Shown piece by piece: positions 27,492-41,962 of a stretch of DNA of 64,000 nucleotides (positions within the stretch are counted from its first letter, which is position 1; each line of letters starts with the position of its first letter). Position numbers and translations under genes: made by a program. This DNA is from Octopus vulgaris (taxonomy: Eukaryota): assembly GCA_951406725.2 (NCBI GenBank), contig OX597825.1:18910001-18974000 (forward strand), written 5' to 3'. Below the pieces are notes generated by a model that did no database searches, was not told where the DNA came from, and saw only the letters and a program-made list of their open reading frames with translations.

Positions 27492-28215
27492 CAATTTGGG
27501 CCAAAAGTATTAGGCCACCCCAATGATTTGGGGTTCTGCTATCTCAACGTTAATGAAAATCGTGCACATAGATTATGGTATACTTCATAATATGCATTAG
27601 TTGTAACACATGGTTGACCCTCCTTTAGCATCAGTTACCGCTTTTATACTGTTATGTACATATGAAGCCATTTATTAGTAAGACCAACGTTCAAAAAATA
27701 AAAAAAAAATATTATGTTACCTTGATTATTTCAGAGTTTTATGCTAAAATACGTTGTAGATATAGTTAATAAACAGTAAAATGCCTAAAACGAGTGAGTT
27801 GAAGAGTGTGAGCGAAGTCAAATCTTAGCTCATCATGAAGATGGATGTCTGAAAGGCAAATTGCTCAGAAGAGGAAATGTTGTCGATGTGCAAACGATTC
27901 TCAATCACTTCAGAGATACAAAAGAAGTGAAGACAATTCGAAGAACAGGCAGAAAAAGGTTACATCACCTCATTATGATAGATCCATCATCCGTCAGTCG
28001 CTCAGAAACAGAAAAAAACATCGTTGCTCTGAGTTCAAAAATATCGACCAGAACTGTTAGAAGAAGGCTTGTAAAGTGCGGTTTGAAAGGCTGTATTGCC
28101 AGTAAGGAGCCATGGGTTTTTGAAGCGAATATGGAAAAACGTCTTCTGTGGGTCAAAATCCACTCAAATTGGAACAGTGAGGAATGGTCAAAGGTCAAAT
28201 AGTCTGATGAAAATA
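27492..28215 (+). mobile_element. 5' half of a decayed Tc1-like element
   Basis: Left TIR ta-caatttgggccaaaagtattaggccacc; ATG 27781 (MPKTSEL...), RRTGRKR, ISTRTVRRRLVKCGLKGCIASKEPW, WSKVK*SDE; truncated at the first catalytic D. Confidence 0.88.
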
Positions 28216-28338
28216 ACTAAGAGGTAAGATAGTACATGTATATATATAACGGAATATATTTTAAAGAAACTCATTATCACTGTGGACTCCATGTGGGCAG
28301 TCATCTAAAAGTTTTTGTTCGTCATGATGCTGATATAG

Positions 28339-28439
28339 ATTCCTTGTCTTTCCTGATGAGAAGGCGGCATAATGCACCCTTTATTCCTTCGGAATTAAGA
28401 ATATGCAGTCTTCGAAACATATGTCGAGAGTAAAGGAAT
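28339..28439 (+). ncRNA. Canonical-core type I hammerhead ribozyme; predicted cleavage after GUC at 28425
   Basis: Helix I ctttc (28348-52)/gagag (28426-30), extended by attcctt/aaggaat. Core CTGATGA 28353-59. Helix II gaaggcggcata/tatgcagtcttc. GAAAC 28414-18. Palindromic helix III acatatgt. GTC 28423-25. Confidence 0.82.
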
Positions 28440-28472
28440 GTTGTTAAAATCGTCGTTCGACTCCATTCTTTC

Positions 28473-28556
<84 letters not shown>

Positions 28557-28559
28557 AAC

Positions 28560-28810
28560 TAAAATCATTGAACAAGCAAATACAAAGTCAACCGCATGTC
28601 ATTTCATAATTCGAACATTTAATTATAGAATAAACATATAACCCGCAAGATGGAACAAAATTCATATGTACAGCACGTAATAATTCAAATGTACTGCTTT
28701 CACTCTTCTTCTTATTTTTCAAATCAAGGAAGAAGGCTCGCCATCTTAGCCTGTTGATGAATTCCGTAGTTCGGTGGATCAATGATTCCATGTATAAATT
28801 CCATGTATAT
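28560..28810 (-). mobile_element. Penelope-like element ORF N-terminal fragment
   Basis: LYMESLIHRTTEFINRLRWRAFF resembles, from memory, the LI.K.E.FI.RMRWKAFF motif upstream of the RT in Penelope-like elements. Confidence 0.65.
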
Positions 28811-30583
28811 ACGAGCTTCCACACAGTTCCGTTTACTCTCACAAGACATTGATCGTCCCGGAACTCTAATAGAAGACACCTGCATAAGCTACCTCTCACA
28901 CAGTGGGACTAAACCTGGAACCATGTATTTATAATAGTAAAGAGCTGTTTTTTGACGAAAGCATTACACCGGTATTCACAACACACACACACGAACACAC
29001 ACGCAGACAAATACGAAAGACGGAGAGTACGTTTATGTTTATATGCGAGAATATGATTGAATACCATGGCTTTCGTTTACCAAATTTCCCTCCCAAGACA
29101 TTACTCAAACCGAGGCTTCTCTAGGAGCCATTTGTATATTGTATCACACAATATGATCGAGCTTAGAAACTAGACGGTATTTTAAAGAAATAGCATTAAA
29201 GTAACACTACTTTATAAATTCAATAATTGTGAAACAATTCCTGTTAAATATAAGTTAGATTTTCATATTGAAAAATCTCCGCATGATATTATTCTTTCTA
29301 TATTTTTGTGTAATGATAGATTTGTGAAAGTATTTGTTTAAAATAAAACTGAATACACATTATATAAGACGTATGAAAATCAATAATCACTTAGATTCTG
29401 TTACTATATATGATAATAAATTTTTTCCATTGTCTTCTCGTTTTTTTCAACGTAATTATAAATATTTGACTAACAGATTCCCCTCTGATATGAGGCAGTA
29501 ATAGATACGATTGATACATTTTGAATCTCAAGCTCAAAATGGTTAACATTCTTTATATTTTGTCGTATATATTCGAAAATATTGTACGACAATTAAAAAG
29601 CAAATCGTTTACATATGTATACTTACAATTGAAATCCTGTCTTCATTGCCGAGGAATGATGTAGTAGGTTTTTGTTTAATTGCATGTGTTATTATCAATT
29701 AATAGTAATTTATATTAAATCAATAGATACGCTGGGCTTTCGACTTTGATTTTTGAACACTCTGAACTTCTCACATTAGAGTTATGTAAGACTGAGCTAT
29801 TGGATTGGGTTCATTACTCATAAATATATTTTTCCTGCACATATGCTTTTGCATGTATTTGTTTGGTAACCTAAGAACACAGAAATGAGGTAGCGAAGCA
29901 CTATATCGGCATAGCACAAGGTTGATTTAAGGAGATGTTCTACAATCATATGTCATGTTTACATTAATCTGACAAACATACATCCAGGGTAGAGACATGA
30001 TATATATGATCATGATTGTACAAAAAGATTGGATATAAAATCAAGCGAACGTAGATTAATGGACTCAAGAACTGATAAATTTTGTTTCTTCTAATGTCAT
30101 TATCGTTCAGAATTTATGAGGAGAATACGCACGTATGTATTTTAGAATGTTACGTCTCCTTGACTTTGTATTTCTTTTTTCTCTGAATAAAACGGACCTG
30201 GTTTTTATTATATTTTATTACAGATTTCTATTTTACGCGAAAGTTTACAATGTCGGCACCTTCACTAATTCTTTGTTATTCAGAGAATAATCACGGATGT
30301 AGGATATTTACCTACATACAGGAATGGATCTGTTTCAGACATGAAAACTATGGTAGCGTGTATATGAATGACAATGTTAGGGAATAATACGCTCTTTACT
30401 GAGTTGAATAACATAATAGAAACACTAGTAAAATCGTCTGAGCATCAGACTGAATACCTTGCGTTGTTTGTTCTCACTCTCAGTGAATAACGTTTATATT
30501 ATGCTGAGGTCAACTTCATCCTCACGAAAAAATTACTCCAGCAAGGCTGTAGGAATGACTGAAGCATTTAAAAGATATGCATT

Positions 30584-30649
<66 letters not shown>

Positions 30650-30658
<9 letters not shown>

Positions 30659-31312
30659 CAGTTATTGAATTGGTACGATGATGGGGCAGCGCCTTGTTAG
30701 GTTTATTTAAACAAAATTATCCTACCACGAAATATTTTTAATTCCATACATATTCTATCAATCTTATTTATCGGGCCGCTAAGTTTCGGAGAGCTAAACA
30801 AACCAACACCAGCTGTCAACGGTGGTATAGGTCAAACACACACATAAAGACACACATACATATATGGAGTAAACTTCTTTGAATTTCTCTTTACCAAGTC
30901 CAATCAGAAGCCTTGGTTAGCCCGGAGCTTTAGTACAAGACTCTTGTATAAGGTACAACGCAGAGTGACTGAAGTCTGAAGTCTGTGATTGCAAAGCAGC
31001 CTCCTTACGATACAGTCAAGCTTTAGAATATGTGTGTGTGCTTCTGTCTGTGTGTTTGTGTGTTTGATGTAAGTATACATATGTTTGTGTGTGTGTGTGT
31101 GTGTGTGCCTGTGTAGATCCTCCATCACCACTTCAGAATAGGTGTTGTTCTGTTTGCGTACCTGTAACAAGGCGGTTCAGCAAGAGAGATCGATAGAATA
31201 AGTACCAGTCTTTAAAAATAGTACTCGTGTCCATTCATTCGACTAAAATTTCTTCAAGATTGCACTCCAGCATGACCACAGTATAATGACTGAAACGAGG
31301 AAAAGATTAAAA
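30650..31312. mobile_element. Two degenerate SINE family B copies in opposite orientation (30650-31022 minus, 31085-31312 plus)
   Basis: Diverged matches to family B body and tail. Confidence 0.7.
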
Positions 31313-31783
31313 AAACACACACAAATATATAAAATATATGGTTAAACTAAAGCGTTTAACCTGAGCAAAAAAAAAAGAGAAATAGTGTAATAGGTATAAA
31401 ACAACTTGCTAATATATCAACACGAATCTTTCTGCAAATCTTTCACAAATATCGTAAAAAAAAGATGTTATATATACATTTGTGAAGAAAAAAAGGAAAC
31501 TTAAATAACCGGTTGTATTTATGTTTTAGTTATACTGAAGTCAATAATAGAACCATAATTAATGTATGATGGCTAATTGTGTAAATCGACTAATATAAAC
31601 ATCTTGTTACTTATTTTAATTCATAATAACAACATCCTGATATTTTTCCGTCGCAATACAAAGTTGTTCTATTTTCCCATCTACTGCAGCTATAGAGAAA
31701 TTCTTCTTTTTCACCTCCTGTTTAGAAAACAAATTTCTTTCTCCAACCAACCGAGGAATTATTACGCTTTCACTTTGCTTTAG

Positions 31784-31800
31784 ATGGCAAAATAAATGTG
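31784..31800 (+). other. Candidate 17-nt microexon
   Basis: ctttcactttgctttAG|ATGGCAAAATAAATGTG|GTGAGT within non-repetitive sequence; no other exon identified. Confidence 0.3.
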
Positions 31801-32205
31801 GTGAGTAGAAAATTCCATCTGTTTCTGCTTCCATGCATTAAGATAGGGCAATCAGCTGCTGACAAAATGATAGGAAATGTCCTGAATTGCTATGAATTTT
31901 CAACATTCACAGAACAAATACAAAAGGAACAGTGTAAATTTTCTCGCTCATATGCTATGTTAAGTCTGTACATTTTTCTAGTTGACTGTATTTTGAAAAC
32001 TCTGTGTGAATATTTTCATAAATAATATTTACACACACACAGCAGCTAAAATACCCTTTTATATATCCTGCAGATAATGGTTCACATATTCTGTACATTT
32101 CGTTCAGAGCGACAACGACACGTAGGAAACTTGATGTCAATAAAGTCGGAAAATACATGAGCGCAAATCCCAAACGCTTCTACATCAACCAATTGCTGGC
32201 GGCAA

Positions 32206-32314
32206 TACACACACACACAGACACACACACATACATACATACATACATACATACATACATACATACATACATACATACATACATACACACATACATACAT
32301 ACACACACACACAA

Positions 32315-32379
<65 letters not shown>

Positions 32380-32443
32380 TAGATAGATACATACATACAT
32401 AGATATATATAGATATAGATAGATATACATACCTACGTACATG

Positions 32444-32508
<65 letters not shown>

Positions 32509-32572
32509 ATATAAACGCGCATGTATATACACGTGTATATATATATATATATACAAACATGTGTGTGTGTGT
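32206..32572. repeat. Compound (CA)/(CATA)/(TA)/(GA) microsatellite
   Basis: Direct reading. Confidence 0.95.
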
Positions 32573-32689
32573 ATCAATAATATAATCAAAAGTCCTTCCC
32601 GTGCCATAGGTTAGTAAGACCGGTTTTCCGGCTTATATATATTACTTACATAAGCATAATACGTATAATATATTATATCCTACCTACTG

Positions 32690-32880
32690 TCCTAACATTT
32701 ATGGGGCGGTTTTTTTTATCGATCACATGGAACCCAGTACTTGACTGGTACTTAATTCATCAACCCCGAAAGAATGGAAGGCAAAGTCGATCTCAGCCGA
32801 ATTTGAATCGAGAACGTAGCGACCGACAAAATACCGCTACGCATTTCTTCCAGCGTGATAACGATTCTGAAAGCTCGCCA
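32690..32880 (-). mobile_element. SINE family A, diverged
   Basis: accccgaaagaatggaaggcaaagtcga...gctcgcc. Confidence 0.75.
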
Positions 32881-33024
32881 TAACATAACTCGATGTTAGA
32901 AAAACTAGAAACTATAATAATATTTGGCTTTTCGAAAGTGAAACAGTCGGAAGTGTTCTGATCTCGGAAACGCGTGGCTGCAAAGCGAGCGTCTTAAAAC
33001 AGACAAACCAGTGACTTAGCAGTT

Positions 33025-33330
33025 ATAGGATTCTTTCAGTTTCCATCAACCAAATGCACTCACAAGACTTTGGTCGACTCGAGGCTATAGTAGAAGACAC
33101 TTGCCCAAGGTGTCACGCAGTGGGACTGAACCCGGAACCATGTGGTTGGTAAGCAAGCTACTTACAACACGACGTGCTTATATTAGTTTGCTTCCCAAAC
33201 CAACTCACAAGAATTTGATCCGCCCAAGGCTATAGTAGACGACACTTGCCCGAGATACTATGCTATGGGACTGAACCCAGAACCATATGTCCTGAAGCAA
33301 TTTTTTTACGACACTGCCACACCTGTGTCT
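33025..33330 (-). mobile_element. Two tandem SINE family B 5' fragments
   Basis: gaggctatagtaga.gacacttgccc...tgggactgaaccc occurs twice. Confidence 0.8.
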
Positions 33331-34058
33331 ATGGGATATTTTTTTTCTAATATTTTCTGACATTCCATACACCAGAATTTCTTAACATAAATATGAGTAA
33401 ACAATATCTAATTTGGAGGTAAAAATACTGTTTTTTTATCTCATTTTGTACAGTTAACATTTCAAATTATTTCATTGTGTAATCTTAAGTTAAACGTATT
33501 AGAAATATATTGTCTATAATGATGACACAGTTATTCGTTCAGACGTATTTGTATGTTGATTTTTATTATACATAAATAATGTATGTCTATTTAAATACCG
33601 TACATTGAAATAACATTTACAAACATTGAATAAAAAAAATATAAGATGAAAAACAAAACATAAAACTCGAAATAATCCTCAAGAAAATATCAATAGATAA
33701 ATTTTGAAAGTTGTAATATTATTTATTCAGATATTTGTCATGAATATTACATCTAAATTTTATAACAAATATACACTTACAATTTGTGTACAGTTTCAAT
33801 TATTTTTGATGAATACAAATAATTGTAATAAATAGAAGTATAAACTTAATGTATACTATTGACACGCGGTTTAATACATAAGCAAAAACTATAATGTATA
33901 ATAAGATATTTAGCAGAATATACGTTTGTGTATTGGAATACTGTTACTGACATATCCCCAAAATTATATAACACTTCAAAATATATTTCTACACAATGTC
34001 TCAATCACAGCAGAATGAAAGTGATCTCGTAGACGTACATAGTGTAATAATTTTACAC

Positions 34059-34340
34059 TGGGCAATGGCCCAGTGGTTAGGGCAGCGGACTCGCGGTCGG
34101 AGGATCGCGTTTTCAATTCCCAGGCCGGGCGTTGTATGTATTTATTGAGTGAAAACACCTAAAGCTCCACGAGGCTCCGGCAGGGGGTTGTGGCGACCCC
34201 TGTTATACTCTTTCACTCCAACTCGTTCTTGGGTAACGCTGCGATGGACTGGAGTCCCGTTCAGCTGGGGGGAGCACATACGCCACAGAAACAGGGAAAA
34301 CGGGCCCATGGGCCTGGCTAGGCTTGAAAAGGGTGCATCA
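34059..34340 (+). mobile_element. SINE group C (head H1, tail T2)
   Basis: tggcccagtggttagggcagcggactcgcgg...gcgatggactgg...ggcttgaaaagggtgcat. Confidence 0.85.
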
Positions 34341-34484
34341 ATAAAACAAAATATACCTTGTAGTATAAAGCCTGTTCACTGTATACGAGAAGCTACAAAT
34401 AACAGCCGAAAAGTTTATTAATCGAAACAAGCGAAATGGGGGTAAAAAAATGAGGTACTTTTTCACTAGTTACCTGTCGAGATA

Positions 34485-34550
34485 CATCTGCTCCGATGAT
34501 GAACCACGATCGTTGTACAGCAGGTTGAAACGATCGTAATGGTCAATAAA
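34485..34550 (+). ncRNA. Degenerate hammerhead-like motif followed by AATAAA
   Basis: CCGATGA-tg-aacc...ggtt-GAAAC-gatc-GTA; palindromic helix III acgatcgt; helix I poor. Confidence 0.45.
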
Positions 34551-35135
34551 AAATCTCGTGAATTTCATTTCCTTTCCTTTTCTCTCATATTATATGTATG
34601 AGACAATGTGGAGCCAAGAGAACGGGTGCCTCACCAGCCTATTTAAAGGCAGGCAAAGGAGAAGCCTGCCACAAGTGGATTTTTTGTTCCAAGGACATAT
34701 TAAATATAAAGCTTTCATAATTGTTTGCCTGATTCTTGACCTGAACTCGTCTGTTCAATCATATTTTGTTGTATCTCGGTTGGGTCATTCTGACATTTAC
34801 ATGACCTTTTAGCAAAATTATGCGTTATACTTTCTGCATAGAATGGGAGTAAACTGCTTCAGGTAGTTCCAACTAATTCTGTGTCAAAGAATGTCTTGAC
34901 AGATGGCCATATATCTAAACATTTTCTCAAATCCCACTTTATATTTATAAATGCTGGCAGGCATATAGCATAATGTAATTGTGGAAACAGTATTAAAACT
35001 GAAAATAAAATATTTATAGCTTGACACATTATTGCTAGAAAACGCATACACAAACACATACACTCTCACACACACACTTCTATGTAGGTACATATATATA
35101 TTTATGTATATGTGTGTGTGTGTGTGTGTGTGTAC

Positions 35136-35186
<51 letters not shown>

Positions 35187-35407
35187 GAAAATATATACAG
35201 GACAGAGAAATTAGAGAAATTTTCTAACTGTGGCTAGCATGCAATGGACAACATATTTTTCATATAAAATTTGTGTATATTCATCCCCTTCGAAATTACT
35301 CTTAATCGTGGTTTGGACTTTCACTGTTCTTTTTATCATGTAAGCTGTCCTGTTAGGGTAGATATACGGTCAACTCTCTCGTGCGTGAATGTACACTAAT
35401 TTTATGT

Positions 35408-35461
<54 letters not shown>

Positions 35462-35494
35462 TTATATATATATATATGCTTACATATATACGCG

Positions 35495-35621
35495 CAGATG
35501 TGGGTGGGTGTTAAGTCACTTGCTTACCAACACATGGTCCCGAGTTCAGTCCCACTGCGTAGCACCTTGCCGGAGTGATTTGTGGGTGGATTCGTTAGAC
35601 GGAAATTGAACGAAGCCCGTC

Positions 35622-35703
<82 letters not shown>

Positions 35704-35910
35704 GTGTGTGTCTGTGTTTGTTTGCCCCCCCCCCCCCCATCATCGCTTAACAACTGATGTTGGTGTGTTTAAATCCCCGTAACTTAACGATTCGGCAACA
35801 GAGACCGAAAGAACGAGTACTAGGCTTACAAAGTTTAAGTCGTGGTGTCGATTTGCTCGGCTAAAGGCGGTGCTCCAGCATAGCCGCAGCCAGATGAGTG
35901 ATAAGAAAAA
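35495..35910 (+). mobile_element. SINE family B
   Basis: cacatggtcccgagttcagtcccactgcg...(TA)(TG)...aaaggcggtgctccagcat. Confidence 0.85.
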
Positions 35911-36750
35911 AGAATTTAAAAATATATATAAATATAGACATATTAACACTCGCGTATGCACATATGTACGCATACGCAAATGTACATACACGTACGCCAC
36001 ACACAAATATACGCACGCACACATACACACACACACTTACAATCGTTTTTGGTCCTCGTCTGTGTGTGTGGTGTGCGTGTATGCACGCTTGTGTTTGTTT
36101 ATATGTGTGTACACACGATTGTTAATTTGTCTACGTACATCGTATTTGTTTACGATTTATTGTACAAAACTATAAAGCCTTGCTCAATAGACCATTATAT
36201 AAGAAGTGTATAGAGTAAACTGTATGAATATGTGGCACCAGGATTACAAATATATACGAGAAGTGCCTATCTCCTCTAACCTATTTAAAGAAATAATGGA
36301 TAACGGTTGAAAGTTTTAAATGGCATCTGAACTATTAAGCTGGTTACATTATCATAGTGCACCAACGTTTAGGAATGGGTCAAGATTCAACGACCTGTTT
36401 ATTACATAAAAATATTCCACATCATTCAACACATCACTCAAATTCTAAACAAACAAAAAAAAAACTGAATTGATCAAAATCTGCTGCTATATAGCAAAGC
36501 CAGTCGTAACTAAATTAAAAGGGAAACAAGAAAAAATATACAAAATTCGTAGTGTATATTAGAAAAGGAATATCGTATAGTAACTAAAAATAGTGCAGTC
36601 GCATTAACATGTCCTACTTAGAACTATAACCCACGAAGTGTTAGTCAATTTGTCAGAGAAATAAGGATCAACTGTCTAACTCGATCAAGAGTGTAAGAAA
36701 TTCGTAGAGACATACGTAGATATACATCCATACGCGTGTGTGAACTTGCT

Positions 36751-36791
<41 letters not shown>

Positions 36792-36959
36792 CACCGTGGA
36801 TGGTGTCAGCCTATCTGGTGACGTTGATGATCGCCTGGGGCTAAATGCATCAGTAACACCCCCACCGCCCTGCCCTGTCTCTAGCCACATTCAAATGGCT
36901 AATGTCCCTTACGTTATGGAGCAGTTACTGTCTATATCTCGTTTAGAGAATTAATATTG

Positions 36960-37029
<70 letters not shown>

Positions 37030-37211
37030 CAATATATGCAGTGTGGCAATCCAAAACAGAATTGTAACCAGCTGCAATTTGTCCGGGGTGGTAAATGAAA
37101 ATATCCTAAGCCTCAAAGGTCTGTGTTTCCTCAGTTTAAGAGATAACCACATGCAGCTTTTGCTCTCATGGCTAATATATTCATATACATATATACATAC
37201 ATATATATAAA

Positions 37212-37276
<65 letters not shown>

Positions 37277-37414
37277 ATAAAAATGGTAAGACAACAAAAG
37301 AAAGAAAGAGACCTCGATATTATGTAAATAGAGGAATTTATCTGTAAACGTAATATGTGACAATTATTCGGTAGCCAAACACGGATTCCCATATATAAAT
37401 ATATGCGTGTGTGC

Positions 37415-37469
<55 letters not shown>

Positions 37470-37682
37470 CATGTTTTAATGTGTAAGTGTGTGCCTGCGT
37501 GTAAATGTGTGTGTGAGATGTGTGTGTGTGAATGCGTGCACCTGAGGCTCTTTTAAATAAGTACAGTACACATCCCAGTCTCTAAGCAGTGTTTGCTGAA
37601 GAAAATGCTCATTATCAATTTTATATTAATCATTTCTTTGTTGTTTTTATTATTCTTGTTGTTGTTATTAGTAGTATTAGTA

Positions 37683-37860
37683 AGGCGGCGAGCTGGCAGA
37701 AACGTTAGCACGCCGTGTGAAATGCTTAGCAGCATTTCGTCTGCCGCTACGTTCTGAGTTCATATTCCGCCGAGGTCGACTTTGCCTTTCACCCTTACGG
37801 GATCGATAAATCAAGTATCAGTGAAACACTAATACTTGTGCCTTTAGTCGAAATAATTAT
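37683..37860 (+). mobile_element. SINE family A
   Basis: aggcggcgagctggcagaaacgttagcacgccg. Confidence 0.85.
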
Positions 37861-37940
37861 CAGTTATATTGGTAATAATAACTGCTACAGCAACTGCCAC
37901 AATGATAATAAGTATAATAATTTTCATGAGGACGTTATAC

Positions 37941-38347
37941 TCTATATATCTTTATATATAAAAGTAAGGTTGTTTGTCTGTCTACTCCGATTTAGATTCC
38001 GAACTACTCACACGTTTTGCGGTGCAGTTTAACCAAAACCGGGTATCTTATAGTCGTGATTCATATCGAGCCTTTCTGGGTATTAGCGCGCGTCTACGAT
38101 GAGTCTACGATTTAAAAAAGATTTACCGTCATTTTGTTCCATTTTAATGCATTTTTTCGCTATTATATAAGGGAAGTAACTCTCTAAAAATGTCTACGAT
38201 GTGTCAACGATTTAAAAAAAAATTTACCATCGTTTTTCTTCCATTTTTAATGCATTTTTTTTTTGCTATTTTTTGGCTATAACTCTCTAAAAATGCTTTA
38301 TAGTTATTTCCCTTACAAACCCGAGCAACGCCGGGCGATACTGCTAG
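37941..38347 (+). mobile_element. Non-autonomous Helitron-like element
   Basis: 5' tc(t)..atatataaa; 3' GC-rich hairpin cccgagcaacgccggg then CTAG followed by t; 3' ~110 bp shared with 55158-55536; internal direct repeat gtctacgat...tttacc. Confidence 0.75.
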
Positions 38348-38616
38348 TTGTATATATGATAAGATCATTTACGCTTAAAGTTCCGCTCCGACGAGTGTTA
38401 TATCTGTGGGTAAGCAACAATGCGATGCCGTTTTGTTCCCAAATCAATTTTTCGTTTCCTATAAGGACATAACAGGGATCTCCACGTATAAATGGATAGT
38501 TCGTAGAACAGTAGAAAAAAATGTGTGTCCAAAATTTATATTTTGCTACTCAAACAATGAATATAGTGAATCTGGTAAAGCGTGAAGTATTGTCAACAAT
38601 TAGTTGAAGAAAAATT

Positions 38617-39030
38617 ATGTGGTTGTGTGGTAAGAAGCCTGCTTCCCAAATATATGGGTCCGGGTTCAATCCCACTGCGGGGCACTTTGGGAATGTGTCT
38701 TCTGCTATAGTATCTGGCTCACCAAAACCTTGTGAGTGAATTCGCTACACGGGAACTGAAAGAAACCCACCGAATATATGCTTACATATATACTTATGTT
38801 TGTGTGTGTCCTCATGTTTGTATTCCTGTCCTCACCACCAATTGACAACCGATGTTGGCATGCTTGCGTTCCCGTAATCTAGTGGTTCAGCATATATATC
38901 GATATAATAAGTACCGGGCCTTAAAAAATATGTACTGGATTCGATTCATTCGAATAAGAATTCTTCAAGGCGGTGCTCAAGCATGGCCGTAGTCTAATGA
39001 CTGAAACAAAAAAAAAAGAATGAAAGGTAA
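38617..39030 (+). mobile_element. SINE family B, diverged
   Basis: gtggtaagaagcctgcttccc...gggttcaatcccactgcg...aggcggtgctcaagcatggccg. Confidence 0.82.
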
Positions 39031-41179
39031 AAACCTGATAAGTTAGATTCTGAGAAACATAAACATGATACAAAAAAAAAGGTGATTAACACGCAGGAAA
39101 ACCTGTGAAAATACCAACAGGAAGATTGTGTAGTTTAACCCTTCAAATTTTGTATAAACATAATTTCCAAGAAGGCAGAACAACTTTGGACGTGGTACAT
39201 ATTCGTTTCCTTAGTGACCATAACTAACAAGCAAAGTGTTATATCTTTTGAATAACATAAACATTTGGTACAACTGTACTGAAAACATTTCTTTTCATTT
39301 TCCTTCAGAATGTTAATACATCAGTATCTCTGTTTTTTGACTCTTGCATTCCCAAAGGGGGGTAACTCAAGTAGTATAAAAGAAAACATTGGTGGTCATA
39401 GTTGTAGTACTGTGTTTGATAGCGATTTTGATGATGAAAATGTTAAATAAGGAGGTGGAGAAAGAAAGGGAGACAGAGTAGAGAGAGAGAAAAAAAGAGA
39501 GAGAATAAACGATAAAAGCAGGATGTGCTGGAGAAAGTGAGAGTGAGAAAACATCAGATAAATTTACGTGGAGATAAATAAAGAGAATGTCAGAGAAAAC
39601 AGAAAAATGAACAAACTAAAGAGAAAAGAATGGGATGTAATACTATTAGCGGGAATAGAAACATACTTAGAAGTAAACAAATGAGAGGGGATGAGGGTAA
39701 AAAAGAAAGATAGGGGAAAATGTATGAACACACAGTAGCATGTATCGGGACACTAACCAAAGAAAAACATTTAGATAAAGGATTCTAATTTTTTTTTCTA
39801 AGCTAAAAGAGTTATTAGAAAGAACGCCTGTTGATTTATACTTTGACCTTGTATTTAAAAATTTCAGGACATGGATACCTTCAAGAAATCTTCGGAAAGA
39901 AAAGATAAAAGTACAAACCATCTACTTGTATTCTTTCTTATAACTCGTATTGTTTTAGATTTTCAAGCAATTGAAAATATTTATCAATATCAGATAATGT
40001 TTCATGTAAACTACACCACTCTACATTTAGATAGAATAAAACGGGAGAAAATAAAACTCTTATCCTATAGACAAAAAATTGTTATGCTACAGACAAAAAA
40101 AGGCGAGAAAAGTCAACTCCATGTTAAGAACAGGAAGGATTCACTCCAGAATTAAAACGAACCATGGCTCGTTTCGGTAAAAACCGAAATTGAAGGAATG
40201 ATATGAGCTCTACACGAACAATGACTAGATTCGAAACTGTTGTAAAAATAAAGAATGCATATGCATCTAACATCAAATGTAAAGTATTCAATCTGTATAA
40301 TGCAACAGATGACGACATAATTTATTTACGCCTATCACATTCCAAATTATAATATATTTCTAGTGTCAACAGCTACACTCAGTGGATAATCTACCCACTC
40401 ACTGACATAAAACAGGAGAAATTAATACAGTTAAGTATTTAACAAACCAATATATATATGTATAATATGTATTAAATGCAGCTACATAAGGAGGTCTTGG
40501 AAAAGTAATCTAAGAGAAGAAAGCTTATCTTCATTTAAGGAGATGAAGTTAAACCTTCGAAATATAATAATCATGAACCGTATCTAAAATTCATGTAGTC
40601 TGGAAGATATCTATATACTTTGTGAAAACAAAAAAATGTTGCCCAAGAGGTGACAGTGAAACGGATTCTTAAAGAGGTGGTGCTGCTACAAACAAAAAAC
40701 ACTTTCTAGTGAACCTCATTCCAGATTTAGACACGGATGACAGGTCGTTTTTGACATGCCTCGGACTGTGGCAACTACAGTCTCTTGAAGGTATCAACGT
40801 TCTCGTTTAATTTACTGTTATTTTTATTTCTGTCTTTGTTGTTCGAGTCAGCAAAGAACCCTCAAATGTTTACTTTTTCATTTTCCTTTTGATTATATTT
40901 TGTGTTTATTTAATTTTACCAAATCATGTGTAGCAATATGGCTATTTGCCCTCCATTACAATCTTCGATGCCATTCCTTGTATACGCATGCTTCGAAGAG
41001 TTTAGTCACTGTCGTATAACCTTTGTGTTCATAATGATAAAATTTCCAATGTGACCGCACCAATCATGTATACTTTGAGACTTCGGCTCATAAAACCATT
41101 GCAAACTCTGCCATGAACGTGACAATAAGCTATAGGTCAGCATCGTTACGGGAAACGTTTCCCTGACCTTCGTACCTGC

Positions 41180-41962
<783 letters not shown>

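Noticed and set aside
32074-32205. Open frame after cctgcag (DNGSHILYISFRATTT...) as a possible exon
   Set aside because: No splice donor before the microsatellite and no recognisable protein motif
41134-41168. Small hairpin ggtcag...gggaaacgtttccc.tgacc
   Set aside because: Single short palindrome with no CUGANGA core and no second copy
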